A stretch of 63,468 nucleotides of DNA, the filler included, from Welwitschia mirabilis (lineage: Eukaryota), in assembly GCA_051453625.1 (NCBI GenBank). It is 5 parts of one record of this genome, joined end to end, with 100 filler letters (N's around TTAATTAATTAA, not from the genome) between each part and the next. Parts side by side here need not be neighbours in the genome. Positions count along the whole stretch, not along the records: positions 35,834 to 51,739 come from JBOZIK010000001.1; 4 more parts are not named here. One strand, written 5' to 3'. A program made the translations under genes and the position numbers. Every line of letters starts with the position of its first letter. The stretch's first letter is position 1. Shown here in pieces: positions 35,834-50,300 of this stretch. The notes below the pieces were generated by a model. It did not search any database. It had not been told where the DNA came from and saw only the letters and a list, made by a program, of their open reading frames with translations.

Positions 35834-38800
35834 AGCACATCATTAAGTTTAAGAGACCAAGATTTCTTATTTTTGGAAATAAGTTTCTGAAGTATCTTCT
35901 TAATCTCTCTATTGGCATTCTTAGCTTAACCATTTGTTTGAGCTGATAGGCATTTGTAATTCTATGTTCAATTCCAATAGAAAGGAGGAGTTTCTTAAGA
36001 ACCTTATTAATAAAATTGGTACCTTGGTCACTAATTAAGATTCTAGGAAAGCCAAACCTATGAAAAATATTGGATTTTATAAAGGAACATATGGATTTGA
36101 CATCATTAGTTTGAGTAGGGATTGCTTTAATCCATTTTGTAACATAGTCTACAACTATCAAGATTTAATTCTTTTTGCCAGAAGATGGTTTAAGACGGCC
36201 TATAAAGCCTATATGCCAATAATCAAAAGGTTCATATTTAAGAATAGGTTGTAAGGGCATACCATGAGATTTGGTTAGGCTTCTAAAAGATTGACATGCA
36301 TCATACCTTCATGCATGATTAAAAGATTCTTTGAAAAGGGTAGACTAATAGAAGCTAGCATGAAGGATTTTAATGACTGTCTTTTGCCACTACAGTGAAC
36401 TCCACATAGACCACCATGGTAAAGGGAAATAATGTCAAGTTGTTTCCACTCTAGCATATACTTATGAATGGTTTGATCTTTACATATTCAGTAGAGTTAT
36501 GGCTCATTCTATTCATAATCCCCTATTCTATGGAAAAAATATTTTCTCTGATTAGAAGTCCAATGTTGGGGAGTTTTAAAAGTGATAAGATAGTTTACAA
36601 TATCAACATACCAAGAAGCAGGTTGTTGAGAGGATATAGCATATAAATCATGAATATAAAACAATTATTTTTTAGGAAAGGAATTCTCAATAGGTAGATT
36701 GAAAGAGAAATGCAAAGGATTCCTTTCTTGAGGGATTCTTAGAAGATGATCAACTATATTATTATGTTTACCTTCTTTACCTATGATGGTTAAGTTGAAT
36801 CCTTTTATGAGAAGTATCCATTAAATAAGTTTAGCACTCAAATGATTTTTTATTATAAGATAGTAAATGGCTGCATGATCAGTGTAGACATTAATATGAA
36901 AACCAAGAAGGTAATGTCTTAGTTTGTCAAGGCAAAAGATGATAGTAAGCATTTCATTTTCAATGGTGGTATAGTTTAATTGAGCTCCTGAAAGGGTTTT
37001 ACTAATATAAGTAATAACATTGTATCCCTTTTTATGTTTTTATCCTAAAAATCCATCTATGACATTATTTCTAGCATCACATATTAACTCAAAATGTATC
37101 ATCCAATTGGGTCCTCCTACAATAGGTTTGGAAGTGATCTTATCCTTAAGGTTTTTAAAGGCATTTTGACAATCTCCATTCCAATCAAACTTGGCATCTT
37201 TTTCAAGGAAGAAATGAAGGGATTTGTAAAACTTGATATATTCCTTAATGAATATTTATAGAATCTAGAATTTTCAAGAAAGGATCTCATTTATTTGACA
37301 TTAGTTGGAGGAGAGAGGTTCTTGATGGGGTCTATCTTAAAAGGGTCCATTCTAATACCAATACAAGAAATTTGATGACTAAGTACAATCCCATCTCTTA
37401 CAAGGAAATAAATATTCTTCTAATGAAGATAAGATCACTCTCTATTCAATAATCAAGAACTTTTTCTAATCTTTCTAAGGTTTGTTCAAAAGAGTCACCA
37501 AAGATTAAAAAATCATCCATAAGAATCTTAATGGAATGCTTAATCATATCTGTGAAAATATCCATCATATCTTTTTGGAAGGTCCTTAGAGCATTACATA
37601 GGCTAAAAAACATTATTTTAGAGGTAAAAGTATTAAGAGGATAGATGAATATTGTCTTAGATTAATCTTAATTGGTAATGCACACTTGGTTAAAACAACT
37701 ATATTCATTAAGGAAGCAATAATAAGCATGGCCTTGGATCCTATCAAGAACATGGTCAAGAAAAGGCAAGCAGCAATGATCTTTCTTGGTTACATCATTG
37801 AGTTTCCTAAAATCAATGCATACTTATCACTTTTCTCCTTTTTTGGGTACTATGGTAAGAGGGCTAACCCATTCACTATCCAAAATAACATAGATGATAC
37901 GTGCATTCATAAGTTTAATGATTTTGTCCTTGACTACTTACTTATTGATAGGATTAAGTATTCTTTAAGGTTACTTAATGGGTTTAACATTATCCTCTAG
38001 GTAAATTTTATTTGAATAATATGAAGAGGAATAGCACTAAGATATTTATTAGTCCACATAAAAGCTTCTATTTTTAAAGTACGAAATTAAATCAAAGGAT
38101 TTTTCTTGGGAAGGATGAAGTTGAGAACTAATGATCAATGGCTTATTAGGACTATTATTTAATAAAATGTATTTTAATTCATTAGACAAGTCTTTAAGTT
38201 AAATATCATTTTCATCCTTTATAGTTGTAGGACATCCATCTTAATGCAAAGGATTTTTAATGGATCTTACATGTTGGGTATCATGATCAAGTATCAGTTT
38301 AAAGTCTTCATTAGAATCATCATTGAAAGAGTGATTTAAGAGATCTTAATTGAGATTACAAGGGTTAAAAGAGTTTAAATATTTAAGAATAATAGAAGAT
38401 TCCTTCTCATCATCAAATAAGATAGATTTATGTAATGAAAGGAGCCTTTTCTTTAAAGGATGATGTTAAACTAACATAGAGGTTCTAAACTTTTCTTCCA
38501 TGTCTAATTCATCTTTTATGTCTTTCTTAGTGGCATTGAATACTTTAATTCTAAACCTTTTATTACCTATATGACACCCCATCAATCCTATGCGAGTATC
38601 AATAATACAATGGATTATTACACAAAAGGATCTTTCTAAAAATAGAGGGTATCCTCCATTATGCTCAACCTCAATGGCTACATCTATATGATAGAAAGCC
38701 TTACTAATTTAATCACTAAGTCTTTGATTATTTCTATAGGTTTTTTAATTGTTACATCAACCAATTCCAATACTACTCTAGTAGGTCCAATTGTCCTCTC

Positions 38801-39351
38801 TAATTCAAACTTTCTATGAATGTAAAAAGGCATAATTTTTACACTTACTCCTATATCTATTAAGGATTTATTTATTTTTTAATTTCCCTCTAAAACAATA
38901 CAAATAGTGGCTGCTCCTAAATCTTTAAACTTAAGAAATTTTTTAGAAACCAACTTAAAAATGGATTGTATAATAAACACTTTACTTGGGTTTGTCCTCT
39001 TTTATTTTATTCTCACTAACTTTTTCTAAATTTTGTTATACTTGGGATTGTCTTAAAGGATATTCCAAAAAGGTAGATTGATAGTGACATCATTTATAAT
39101 TACCTTTAAATACTTATCATGAGTTGGATTAGTGTTTAAATATCCATTCATGGGATAGTCTTATTCTTTAGATGTTAGTTGCTATTATTCGATTTAGAGT
39201 TGATAGTAGAACGAAGGTTTAATTAATCAAGAATTTCAACATCATTTTCTTAAGATACTTCATTATCTTTGTGAAAAGAATTTAGAAGTTGTTCATGAGT
39301 AATAGTATCATGTCCACTTCTTATAACTAGTTTCTAATTTTTCTTCACATC
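35834..39351 (-). pseudogene. Ty3/Gypsy (Athila-lineage) pol remnant: gag end, protease, RT, RNase H, integrase
   Basis: Motifs: VDYVTKWIKAIPTQTND...FHRFGFPRILISDQGTNF (integrase), YHGGLCGVH (integrase zinc finger), QLNYTTIENEMLTIIFCLDKLRHYLLGFHINVYTDHAAI (RNase H), FSLCNALRTFQ...ILMDDFLIFG (RT), LIDIGVSVKIMP (protease). PR-RT-RH-INT order. Confidence 0.93.
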
Positions 39352-41893
39352 TGTTGCGATAGGAATTTGATGGTGTATTTGGAGTACTTTTTTAGGAGAT
39401 ATATACAAGTTTAGATGTAATTATACTAATTATGGAGAGTCGATAGGATGATCATAGAAACACATAATTCTTGGCATAATTGGAGGAATTTTAAGCATGT
39501 TCTAGTACTTAGCATATTAAAGAAAGACTAATGATGAAGAAGGATAATTTGTTTTACTAGAGAAGCTTTTGAAGGATGTTGTCCCCACTATCATCCCCAT
39601 GATACAGGGAACGACAACATTGTACCTGCCTATCACAATAGCAACTTGGATNNNNNNNNNNNNNNNNNNNNNNNNNNNNNNNNNNNNNNNNNNNNNNNNN
39701 NNNNNNNNNNNNNNNNNNNNNNNNNNNNNNNNNNNNNNNNNNNNNNNNNNNGCTATACCTACTTATTATAAACACTAATATGGACTAGAGGTTAGAGCCA
39801 ATGAAACATAGTTTTCTATGGAGGTATCGTCCCCATGATCATCCTCACAACATAAGGGATGATGACATAATTGAAACCAATTGCAAGGCCTATTGTAGAG
39901 CCAGAAGCTAATTAATTATCTATTATTAAGGGGAATCATCCCCAGTGTTGTCTCCATGATAGTTAGGATGATAACTGTTTTATATATATGGGACTGAATT
40001 ATCTNNNNNNNNNNNNNNNNNNNNNNNNNNNNNNNNNNNNNNNNNNNNNNNNNNNNNNNNNNNNNNNNNNNNNNNNNNNNNNNNNNNNNNNNNNNNNNNN
40101 NNNNAGAAGCTAATTAATTATCTATTATTAAGGGGAATCATCCCCAGTGTTGTCCCCATGATAGTTAGGATGATAACTGTTTTATATATATGGGACTGAA
40201 TTATCTTATAATGGGGTCATGTTCCCCGCTTGAGCTACTAGGATTTTCTCTCTGACTTCTAGGGTTACATTTCTAGAACTTTCAATGTAAACTATAAATA
40301 CCCCTCTTGTCCTCACTTCCAATTCATCTTTTGTACCTAATATGCTTGTGACAGAAGATTAAAGGGTAAGAGATCCATCCAGAGCTACAAAAAGAAGATT
40401 CCTTAGTGTTTGTATGTCTCTCTTTTATTGAGGTATTGTTATTCTATTTGTAAGTGGATATAATATTTTTTTAATACTCTTTTGAATCAATATAATTATT
40501 ATTTTCATTTCCATTTTATATGTCCCTTATGATTTACATTGATCATAGTTTATTATAACAACTCTGTAATTTATCTAGATCATAAGGGCAATTTTTGTTA
40601 AGGTTTACCTTGTTTAGTATTAGATTTACATTACTTTTTTATTTCATTTCATATTGCATTCATTATTCTACTTAGTAGATCTCATAGTTTATGTTGGTCA
40701 AGAACTAGTTTCATGCTCTTCTTAATTGATCTAAATTATAGAGAAGATAGTCCTTGTGATAGAAAGATTAAGATCTAAGTAGAATTCATCATATTTTCAT
40801 TTTCATTCACTACATTTTATCTTCATTCATCTTGCATTGCTTTTTGCATTATTATTCACTTTTAGTCATTAAAAGATAAAAATACTAAAAATAATTTTAG
40901 AAATTAATTCTCTAACTCTGAGCCTAGTGTCTTCATTGGGATTATGACATTTAGATGAACTCTCGTCTATACTAGCATGTGTTTTCTGCAAGTTATTTAA
41001 TTAACAGATTTACCTAAAGGACTTTAGAATTAAATAAATTCACACCAAAACATTTTGACGCCCTTATTGAGAAAGGTCGCAAGAATATAGAGACTTTTCA
41101 CTAACTAGATAAGTATCTTGAATCCTCTATTCAGGTTATTTATTTGAATTAGTATTGTATTTTTAGCTTAGATTAAAGTAGATTTATTTTTACAAATTTT
41201 ATTTTCTATAATTTTTTTAGGAACCCTGTCATTCTCTCTATTGTCCCAACAACATTGGGAATGACAATTTTAAAATTTTAAAATTATTTTTTGTTTTCAC
41301 AATTTTTCTTCTACTTTTAGTTTAGTAATAAACATACTATCATCCAATCTATCATCCACATGATAGACTGGATGACATTCTTGCTTTTCTGAGTTTCGAT
41401 AATTTTTTTTTGAGTTTTAAGTTCAGTTTTTCATGTGATTATTGTCTCCCCTGTCATCCCCATGACAAGATGGATGACGAGCTCTTATTTTTTATTTTTG
41501 TTTTCTGTTTATGATTTGTGCATGCAAGGATATAGTGAATTAAAGCAGAAAGACAAAATATTAAATGAAGCAGAGCTTGATTGAAGAAAAGTATTAGCGT
41601 AAGATTATTCAACTTCAAGCAAAATCCAGGTACACACATCACAGATATGCAAGTTATAAGAATTTTTTCTATTATTGAAGAATTAGATTTTCCTTTTTCT
41701 CTATAGTTATTCTATTAGTTATTTTCATGATAATTAGAGTAATTGTGGTTCACATCTTTTGAGTGTTAAAGAATTTATAATTTTGATTAAACAATAACAC
41801 ATTAAAGAACATATAACTTGATCTTCATCGTGTACTTATCTTCCTTACCATCTTAAATTAAATTCCCTTGTTCCATTCTTCTTACTTTCTTCA

Positions 41894-43235
41894 ATGAATA
41901 GTAATAGAAGGACCGTTGTGGACTTCTTTCTAAAAAGAGGAGAAACATAAAATATTCTGAGGTTTATAATGATCAAACACTTTAAGAAGTTTTTGCAAGA
42001 GGGAGAACAACACAAAATGCTATTGAGAGTAGGAATTGGACCCCTTCCTCTTTTTAATCTTCTTATTCTTTCACCTCTTACTTTCAAATCTTATATAGAA
42101 ATGATGATGAAGATTCTCCATATTTTAGTGGTTCCACCTTATTTAGACAAACTTCTTACAATCATTTTTATCAATCCCAATCATCTCCTAGGCATCACTA
42201 TGAAGAAGAACCATCTCCCATGACCTACTACCAGGAAGAAAATGATCCATTAAAAGAAAAGATTGATGAAATGAAGAAGAACCAAGAAAACAAAAATAAG
42301 AACTTAGAAAAATTAGTTGAAATCTTGCAACAAAACCTATTACATATTTAAGGATATCTTACAACACAACATCTTCACAACTATCCTACTTCATCCTATC
42401 TTAAGGAAAATGAACAAAACTTAAAAATTAATGATGATGATTCTTGATTTCAACTTGAAGATAAAACTGTGAATCAAAATTTAACATCCTACTCATTAGG
42501 AGAAAAGCAAAAGGAAGACAATAATAACACAACTCAATATTTCAACAATTAGGACGAGGATGACCATTCATTAGATGATGATAATGAGATATTAGATTAT
42601 ATCCTTGCCATCCATTTACTGTTAGATAATTGAGATGAGGAGTCCAATCATGAAAAAACTGAAAACTTTGTAATCAATGATGAAGATGATGCTCTTATTT
42701 ATCTTGATAATCTTTTCAATGAATCTAATAAATTTGAAAATAAAAGCCATATTCAACATAAAAAGGAAGATATAGTGACCAACAATAATGAGAAAAGTGA
42801 AGCAACAATCTAAAAAGATAATGATAAAGACTGTCATGAAGAAACTAAATACAATGAATAACCTCTAGAGATTAATTTCATAGAGGATAGACTTATTCTT
42901 TCCATCCATACTTCTACATCCTTTTTACTTATGCATTTATGTATAATTTCAAATCACATCATTCCTTTCACTTCTACTTCCACCTTCACATTATCTTATG
43001 ATCTTGATAATGATAACATTTTTCCATCTCTTTTAATTATACCTTCATATAATTCTCAAGGCCATGTTCCTTTTCTTGACTCTCATAACACCATCATTTC
43101 GAAGACTCTATTTCTACTATCTCTCAATCTCTTCCTTTTAAACATTCATGTGATCATCAAAGTAATATTCTTTCTTTTTCTACCAAGTGCACGTTATCTT
43201 ATATTTTTAATGATTATTCTTTTTAAAAGTTTGAC
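41894..43235 (+). pseudogene. Decayed long ORF of family C, copy 1 (copy 2 at 48216-49292)
   Basis: One reading frame without frameshift from 41941 to the gap at 43236, interrupted only by point stops. Several of those stops are sense codons in copy 2. Confidence 0.65.
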
Positions 43236-46018
43236 NNNNNNNNNNNNNNNNNNNNNNNNNNNNNNNNNNNNNNNNNNNNNNNNNNNNNNNNNNNNNNNNN
43301 NNNNNNNNNNNNNNNNNNNNNNNNNNNNNNNNNNNNNNNNNNNNNNNNNNNNNNNNNNNNNNNNNNNNNNNNNNNNNNNNNNNNNNNNNNNNNNNNNNNN
43401 NNNNNNNNNNNNNNNNNNNNNNNNNTCCATAAGAGATTATTTATCAATGCAATTTATCACTTCTTTATCTATTATTTCGATTTTTGAAAATTGTGATATC
43501 AAAGTTTTATCATTTTACTTTATTTATCTCTAACTGATTTTACTCCATAATGATTGCATATCTTTTATGTTTTATCAATTGGTTTCTATCTTGTTTGGCC
43601 CTTATTTTTATGAAAAATACAATACCTAAGTGCGCTTTTTATACAACTAGTTGAACTTCTCAATGATTAGGTTCTTATATTTCAAAAAAAGTACATCTTT
43701 AAATGGCTCTGTTAAAACTTTCAACCTAAACACTTAGGAAATTTAGAAGTTAATGGATAAAAGATTAAATATCATTGAAATATTTATCAATTAACCTTAA
43801 ACATAATAGAAGCAGTTATGTTGGAAGTTTTCTCCTGCCATTATATAAATTATTCCTTAGCTGATTCTTTTGGTAAACATTATGCTATCACTTGAACATC
43901 TTTTACTTGACTAATGCTTTACTTTATGAAGTTATCATGACTTGTAAATATTTTACTTGGGTATTTTTAAAGATAAGGTTGGCTTCATCTAATCTTTAGA
44001 CATTCGTATGCCTATGAACTTCATTTTGAAGGAAGATGCCTTGGTTTTTTTGTTTTCTTTTAATGATGTGAGTAATTAGTTATTTTAGCATGTTATTTCT
44101 TGTTATTTATCTCCTTCCTTTACTTTTATCCTTATGAATATTTGGTAAGGTGGAATTTNNNNNNNNNNNNNNNNNNNNNNNNNNNNNNNNNNNNNNNNNN
44201 NNNNNNNNNNNNNNNNNNNNNNNNNNNNNNNNNNNNNNNNNNNNNNNNNNNNNNNNNNNNNNNNNNNNNNNNNNNNNNNNNNNNNNNNNNNNNNNNNNNN
44301 NNNNNNNNNNNNNNNNNNNNNNNNNNNNNNNNNNNNNNNTACTCCTCTGATAGTGATTGCACTTCCCTCATCATGTAGAATAGAATTATACTTAGAGGCT
44401 ATGAGATCAGTAATATCCCTAGTATTATCAAAGGCATTGCTTATTTTCTAAACTCATTTTCTTTATTTATCTATAGTTCTTCTACATAATTACTTTACTT
44501 TTTTAAACTCTAGTATTGTTTTGAGATGACAGATTATAAGTTCATATTTTAATAACTTTTTATCTTATCATTCATTGTTTGATAACACTAGACATACTTG
44601 ACATCAATATAATCATTGCCTATTCATATGGAACTTTATAAATTTTTACATTATGTCATGCATTATTAGTAGGTGATTTTATAATTGTTTCCAAGGGATT
44701 TTGCTAAGGTGAAATTTTAGGTAAGTAAGCAATCTTCTTCATGTTTCTAGTTGTTCATTTTTCTTATGTTTTTCCTTAAGTTTATTGTTTGGAATTTTTA
44801 CTCATAGATTTTCTTTATAAGAGTTGTTTTTCTTTTTAGCACTTTTAATTGATGCTTTTCTTTTACTTTGGTCGCTATGTTCCTTTGTTTTATGCTAATG
44901 TTTTTCTATTTGACTTTAGGTTTTGCGTACATTCACTTATAGATCTTGAATCCTCATAGAATGGGAATATATTTGTGGAATACTTTTGAGCCTTATTGTC
45001 TTTTACTTAATGCATTATTATGATCTCACAAGTCTTTTTCTCCATGGTTATATTTTTTAGGATGATTCTTCACTTTCTACCTTCCTTCTATTTTTCTACT
45101 ACTTTCTCACTACTTACTTGCTATTAGATTTTTTTTGGATTTTTTATAATCTATCTAAACATTTCATTAGAACATGGTTGTCTTACATCTGTCGTCGTCA
45201 CGACAGACAAGACAATAGTCATTCTTTTTACTTTGTACAATCTGAGATATCTTGCTTTTCCTATGGAGGGTAAGATACCTCTCTGAGCTTTCTTCTATGA
45301 TATTATGCAAAAATTTATAATTTTTAAATTTTAAATGATTACTTTGAGCTTTTATGATACATATTTATAATGATNNNNNNNNNNNNNNNNNNNNNNNNNN
45401 NNNNNNNNNNNNNNNNNNNNNNNNNNNNNNNNNNNNNNNNNNNNNNNNNNNNNNNNNNNNNNNNNNNNNNNNNNGAGCTTTTATGATACATATTTATAAT
45501 GAGTTGTTTGGATATTATTTCATGTTATTTGAATACGTTTCATGAACTTTATTTAGCAGGAGCAGTAGCCCACTCATAGATTTTTCTTGTAGCAATGTTT
45601 AAGATCATTTAAAGGAAAACTGCCATATTTACTCTTGTACTTTACCCTTGTAGAAAATATTAATGAAAGTTTTATGCATCATTCTTTGAGATTATTACTG
45701 CTTAAGTTTTACACANNNNNNNNNNNNNNNNNNNNNNNNNNNNNNNNNNNNNNNNNNNNNNNNNNNNNNNNNNNNNNNNNNNNNNNNNNNNNNNNNNNNN
45801 NNNNNNNNNNNNNNNNNNNNNNNNNNNNNNNNNNNNNNNNNNNNNNNNNNNNNNNNNNNNNNNNNNNNNNNNNNNNNNNNNNNNNNNNNNNNNNNNNNNN
45901 NNNNNNNNNNNNNNNNNNNNNNNNNNNNNNNNNNNTGATGATTATCTTAGTTAAATTGGCTCACAGTATAGTTGATCACTCACTTTGCTAGGGACTGACA
46001 AGGCTAAGTAAAGGGCTA

Positions 46019-47372
46019 TGTTGCGAGGCTAATTTATAGGAATTTGATGGTGTATTTAGAGTACTTTTATAGGACATTTATACAGGTTTAGATGCAATTT
46101 TTCTAATTATGAAGAGTTAATATAATGATCATAGAAACACATAATTTTTAGCATAATTGGAGGCATTTCAAGCATGTTCTATTACTTTGCACATTGAAGG
46201 AAGACTAATAATGAAGAAGGTTGATTTGCTTTACTTGAAGAGCTTTAGAAGGATGTCATTCCACTATCGTCTCCATGACAAAGGGGACGATAGCATTGTA
46301 CCTGCCTATTATAGACAACAACATGAACTAGAGGTTAGAGCCAATGAAGCATATTTTTCTATGAAGGTGTCATCCCCATGACATCCCCATGACATAAGGG
46401 ATGATGATATGATTGGAACCAATTACAGGGCCTATTATAGAGCTAGAAGCTAATTAATTATTTATTGTTAAGTGGCATCATCCCTAGTTTCATCTTCATG
46501 ATAGTCAAGATGACAACTATTTTATATATGTAGAACTAAGTTATCTTGTAATGGGGTTATGCATCATACTTAGGCTACTAGGGTTTTCTCTCTGACTTCT
46601 AGGGTTATGTTTTTAGAACTTTCAATGTAAACTATAAATACCCCCTCTTATCCTCACTTTCAATTCATCTTTTATACTTGATATGCTTGTGATGGAAGAT
46701 TAAAGGGCAAAAGATCCATCCAAAGCTACAAAAAGAAGTTTTTTTAGTATTAAGCTAAGTCTCTTCCACTGAGATTCTATTATTCTATTTATAACTGGAT
46801 GTAATATTCCTAAATACTCTTTTGAATAATATAATCATTATTTCATTTTCATTTTATATGTCTCTTATGGTTGACATTGATCATAGTTTATTGTGATAAC
46901 TCTATGATTTATCTAGATCATAAGGACAACCTTTGTTAAGGTTGACCTNNNNNNNNNNTCATTCTGTTTTATATTGCATTCATTATTCTACTTAGTAGAT
47001 CTCATATTTTATGTTGGTTAAGAACTAGTTGAATGCTTTTCTTAATTGATCTAAATTATAGAGAAGATAGTCCTTGTAATAGAAGGACTAAGATCTAAGT
47101 AGAATCCATTACATTTCCATTTCCATTCACTGCATTTCATCTTCATTCATCTTGCATTGCTCCTTGATTATTATTTACTTTTAGTTATTAAAAGATTAAA
47201 AAAACTAAAAATACTTTTAGAAATTAATTTTCTGAGTCTGAGCCTAGTGCCTTCATTGGGATTATAACATTCAGGTGAACTCCTATCTATACTAGCATGT
47301 ATTTTTTGCAAGTTATTTGATTTACAGGTCTACCTAAAGGACTTTAGAATTAAATAAATTCACACCACAACA
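46019..47372 (+). repeat. Shared central LTR of the family C tandem (1354 nt, TG...CA)
   Basis: TGTTGCGAGG...CACAACA, flanked by a PPT on the left and a PBS on the right. CTATAAATACCCC at about 46632. Confidence 0.88.
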
Positions 47373-50300
47373 TTTTGACACCATTGTTGGGAAAGGTCGC
47401 AAGATGCTAGAGAATTATCACTAACCAGATAAGTACCTCAAATCCTCTATTCAGGTTATTTATTTGAATTAGTGCTGTATTTTTAGCTTAGGTTAAAGTA
47501 GATTTATTTTTGAAAATTTTATTTTCCATAATTTTTTAGGAACCTTGGCATTCTATCTATTATTCTAATGACATTGGGAATGACAGTTCTAAAAATTCAA
47601 AATTATTTTTTATTTTTGCAATTTTTCTTCTACTTATAGTTTAGTAATAAACATACTGTCATCCTATCTATCATCCACATGATAGCCTAGATGACATTCT
47701 TGTTTTCCTGAGTTTTGATAATTGTTTTTCTGAGTTTTAAGTTTAGTTTTCCATGTGATTATTATCTCCCCTATCATCTTCATAACAAGGAGGATGATGG
47801 ACTCTTATTTATTATTTTGGATTTTTGTTTATGATTTGTGCATATAAGAACATACTGAATTCTAGAAGAAAGATGAAATATTAAAGGAAGCAAAGTTTGA
47901 TTGAAGAAAAGTATTAGCACAGAGTCATTCAACTTCAAGAAAAATTCAGGTACACACATCATAGGTATGCAAGTTATAATAATTTTTTTCTATTATTGAA
48001 GAATTAGATTTTACTTTCTCTCTATAGTCATTCTATTAGTTGTTTTCATGATAATTAGAGTAATCATGATTTCATATATTTTAAGTGTTAAAGGATTCAT
48101 AATTTTGATAAAACAATAACACATCAAAGAAAATAGAGCTTAATATTCCTTGTGTACTTATCTTCCTTACCATCTTAAATTAAATTCCCTTGTTCTATTC
48201 TTCTTACTTTCTTCAATGAATAATAATAGAAGGACCATTGTGAAACTTCTTTTTAAAAAGAGTAGAAACATAAAAGATTCTGAGGTTTATAATGATCAAA
48301 ACACTTTAAGAAGTTTTTGTAAGAGGGAAAACAACACAAAGTGCTATTGAGAGTAGGAATTGGATCCCTTTCTCTTTTAAATCTTCTTATTCTTTCACCT
48401 CTTATTTTCAAATATTATATAGAAATGATGATGAAGATTCTTCATATTTTAGGGTTCCACCTTATTTAGACAACTTCTTACAATCATTTTTATCAATCCT
48501 AATTATCTCCTAGCCATTACTATGAAGAAGAATCATCTTTCATGACCTACTATGAGGAAGAAAATAATTCATTAAAAGAAAAGATTGATAAAATGAAGAA
48601 GAACCAAGAAAACATAGATAAGAACCTAGAAAAATTAGTTGAAATCTTGCAACAAAACCTATTACATATGTAAGGATCTTTTACAACACAACATCTTCAC
48701 AACTATTCTACTTCATCCTATCTTAAGGCAAATGAAGAAAACTTAGAAATAAATGATAATGATTCTTGCTTTCAACTTGAATATGAAACTTTGGATCAAA
48801 ATTCAACATCCTACTCATTAGGAGATAAGAAAAAGGGAGACAATAATAATACAAATAAATATTTTAATAATTAGGATGAGCATAACCATTTATTAGATGA
48901 TGATAATGAGATATTAGATTATATCCCTGCCAGCCATTTATTGTTAGATAATTGAGATGAGGAACCTAATCATGAGAAAACTAAAGAATTTCTAATCAAT
49001 GAAGAAGATGATGCTCTTATTTATCTTGATAATCTTTTTAATAAATCTAATAAATTAGAAAATCAAAGCCATATTCAACATAAAAAGGGAGATATAGTCA
49101 TCAACAATAATGAGAAAAGTGAAACAATAATCCAACAAAATAATGATAAAGATAATCATGAAAAAACTGAATATAATGAATGTCCTCTAGAGATTAATTT
49201 CATAGAGGATAGACTTATTCTTTTTACCCATACTTCTACATCCTTTTCACTTATGCCTTTATGTACAATTTCAAATCATAGCATTTCTTTCANNNNNNNN
49301 NNNNNNNNNNNNNNNNNNNNNNNNNNNNNNNNNNNNNNNNNNNNNNNNNNNNNNNNNNNNNNNNNNNNNNNNNNNNNNNNNNNNNNNNNNNNNNNNNNNN
49401 NNNNNNNNNNNNNNNNNNNNNNNNNNNNNNNNNNNNNNNNNNNNNNNNNNNNNNNNNNNNNNNNNNNNNNNNNNNNNNNNNNNNNNNNNNNNNNNNNNNN
49501 NNNNNNNNNNNNNNNNNNNNNNNNNNNNNNNNNNNNNNNNNNNNNNNNNNNNNNNNNNNNNNNNNNNNNNNNNNNNNNNNNNNNNNNNNNNNNNNNNNNN
49601 NNNNNNNNNNNNNNNNNNNNNNNNNNNNNNNNNNNNNNNNNNNNNNNNNNNNNNNNNNNNNNNNNNNNNNNNNNNNNNNNNNNNNNNNNNNNNNNNNNNN
49701 NNNNNNNNNNNNNNNNNNNNNNNNNNNNNNNNNNNNNNNNNNNNNNNNNNNNNNNNNNNNNNNNNNNNNNNNNNNNNNNNNNNNNNNNNNNNNNNNNNNN
49801 NNNNNNNNNNTATGCTATCAAAGTTTTATTATTTTACGTTATTTATCTCTAACTGATTTTACTCCACAATGATTGCATACCTTTTATGTTTTATCAATTG
49901 GTTTCTATCTTATTTGGATCTATTTTTCTAGAAAATACAATACCTGAGTATACTTTTTACACAACTAGTTAAACTTCTCAATGATTAGATTTTTATCTTT
50001 CAAAAAAAGTAAATCTTTAAATGGATCTATTGAAACTTTNNNNNNNNNNNNNNNNNNNNNNNNNNNNNNNNNNNNNNNNNNNNNNNNNNNNNNNNNNNNN
50101 NNNNNNNNNNNNNNNNNNNNNNNNNNNNNNNNNNNNNNNTTTATCTTTCAAAAAAAGTAAATCTTTAAATGGATCTATTGAAACTTTCAATCTAAACACT
50201 TAGGAAATTTAGAAGTTAATGGATAAACGGTTAAACATCATTGATATATCTATTGGTTAACCTTAAACATGATAGAAGCACTTGTATTGGAAGTTTTCTC

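Noticed and set aside
39905..40204. Near-identical repeats flanking ~100-N gaps (also 45346/45474, 49993/50140, 52785/52940)
   Set aside because: These are typical unmerged contig overlaps, not biological tandem repeats.
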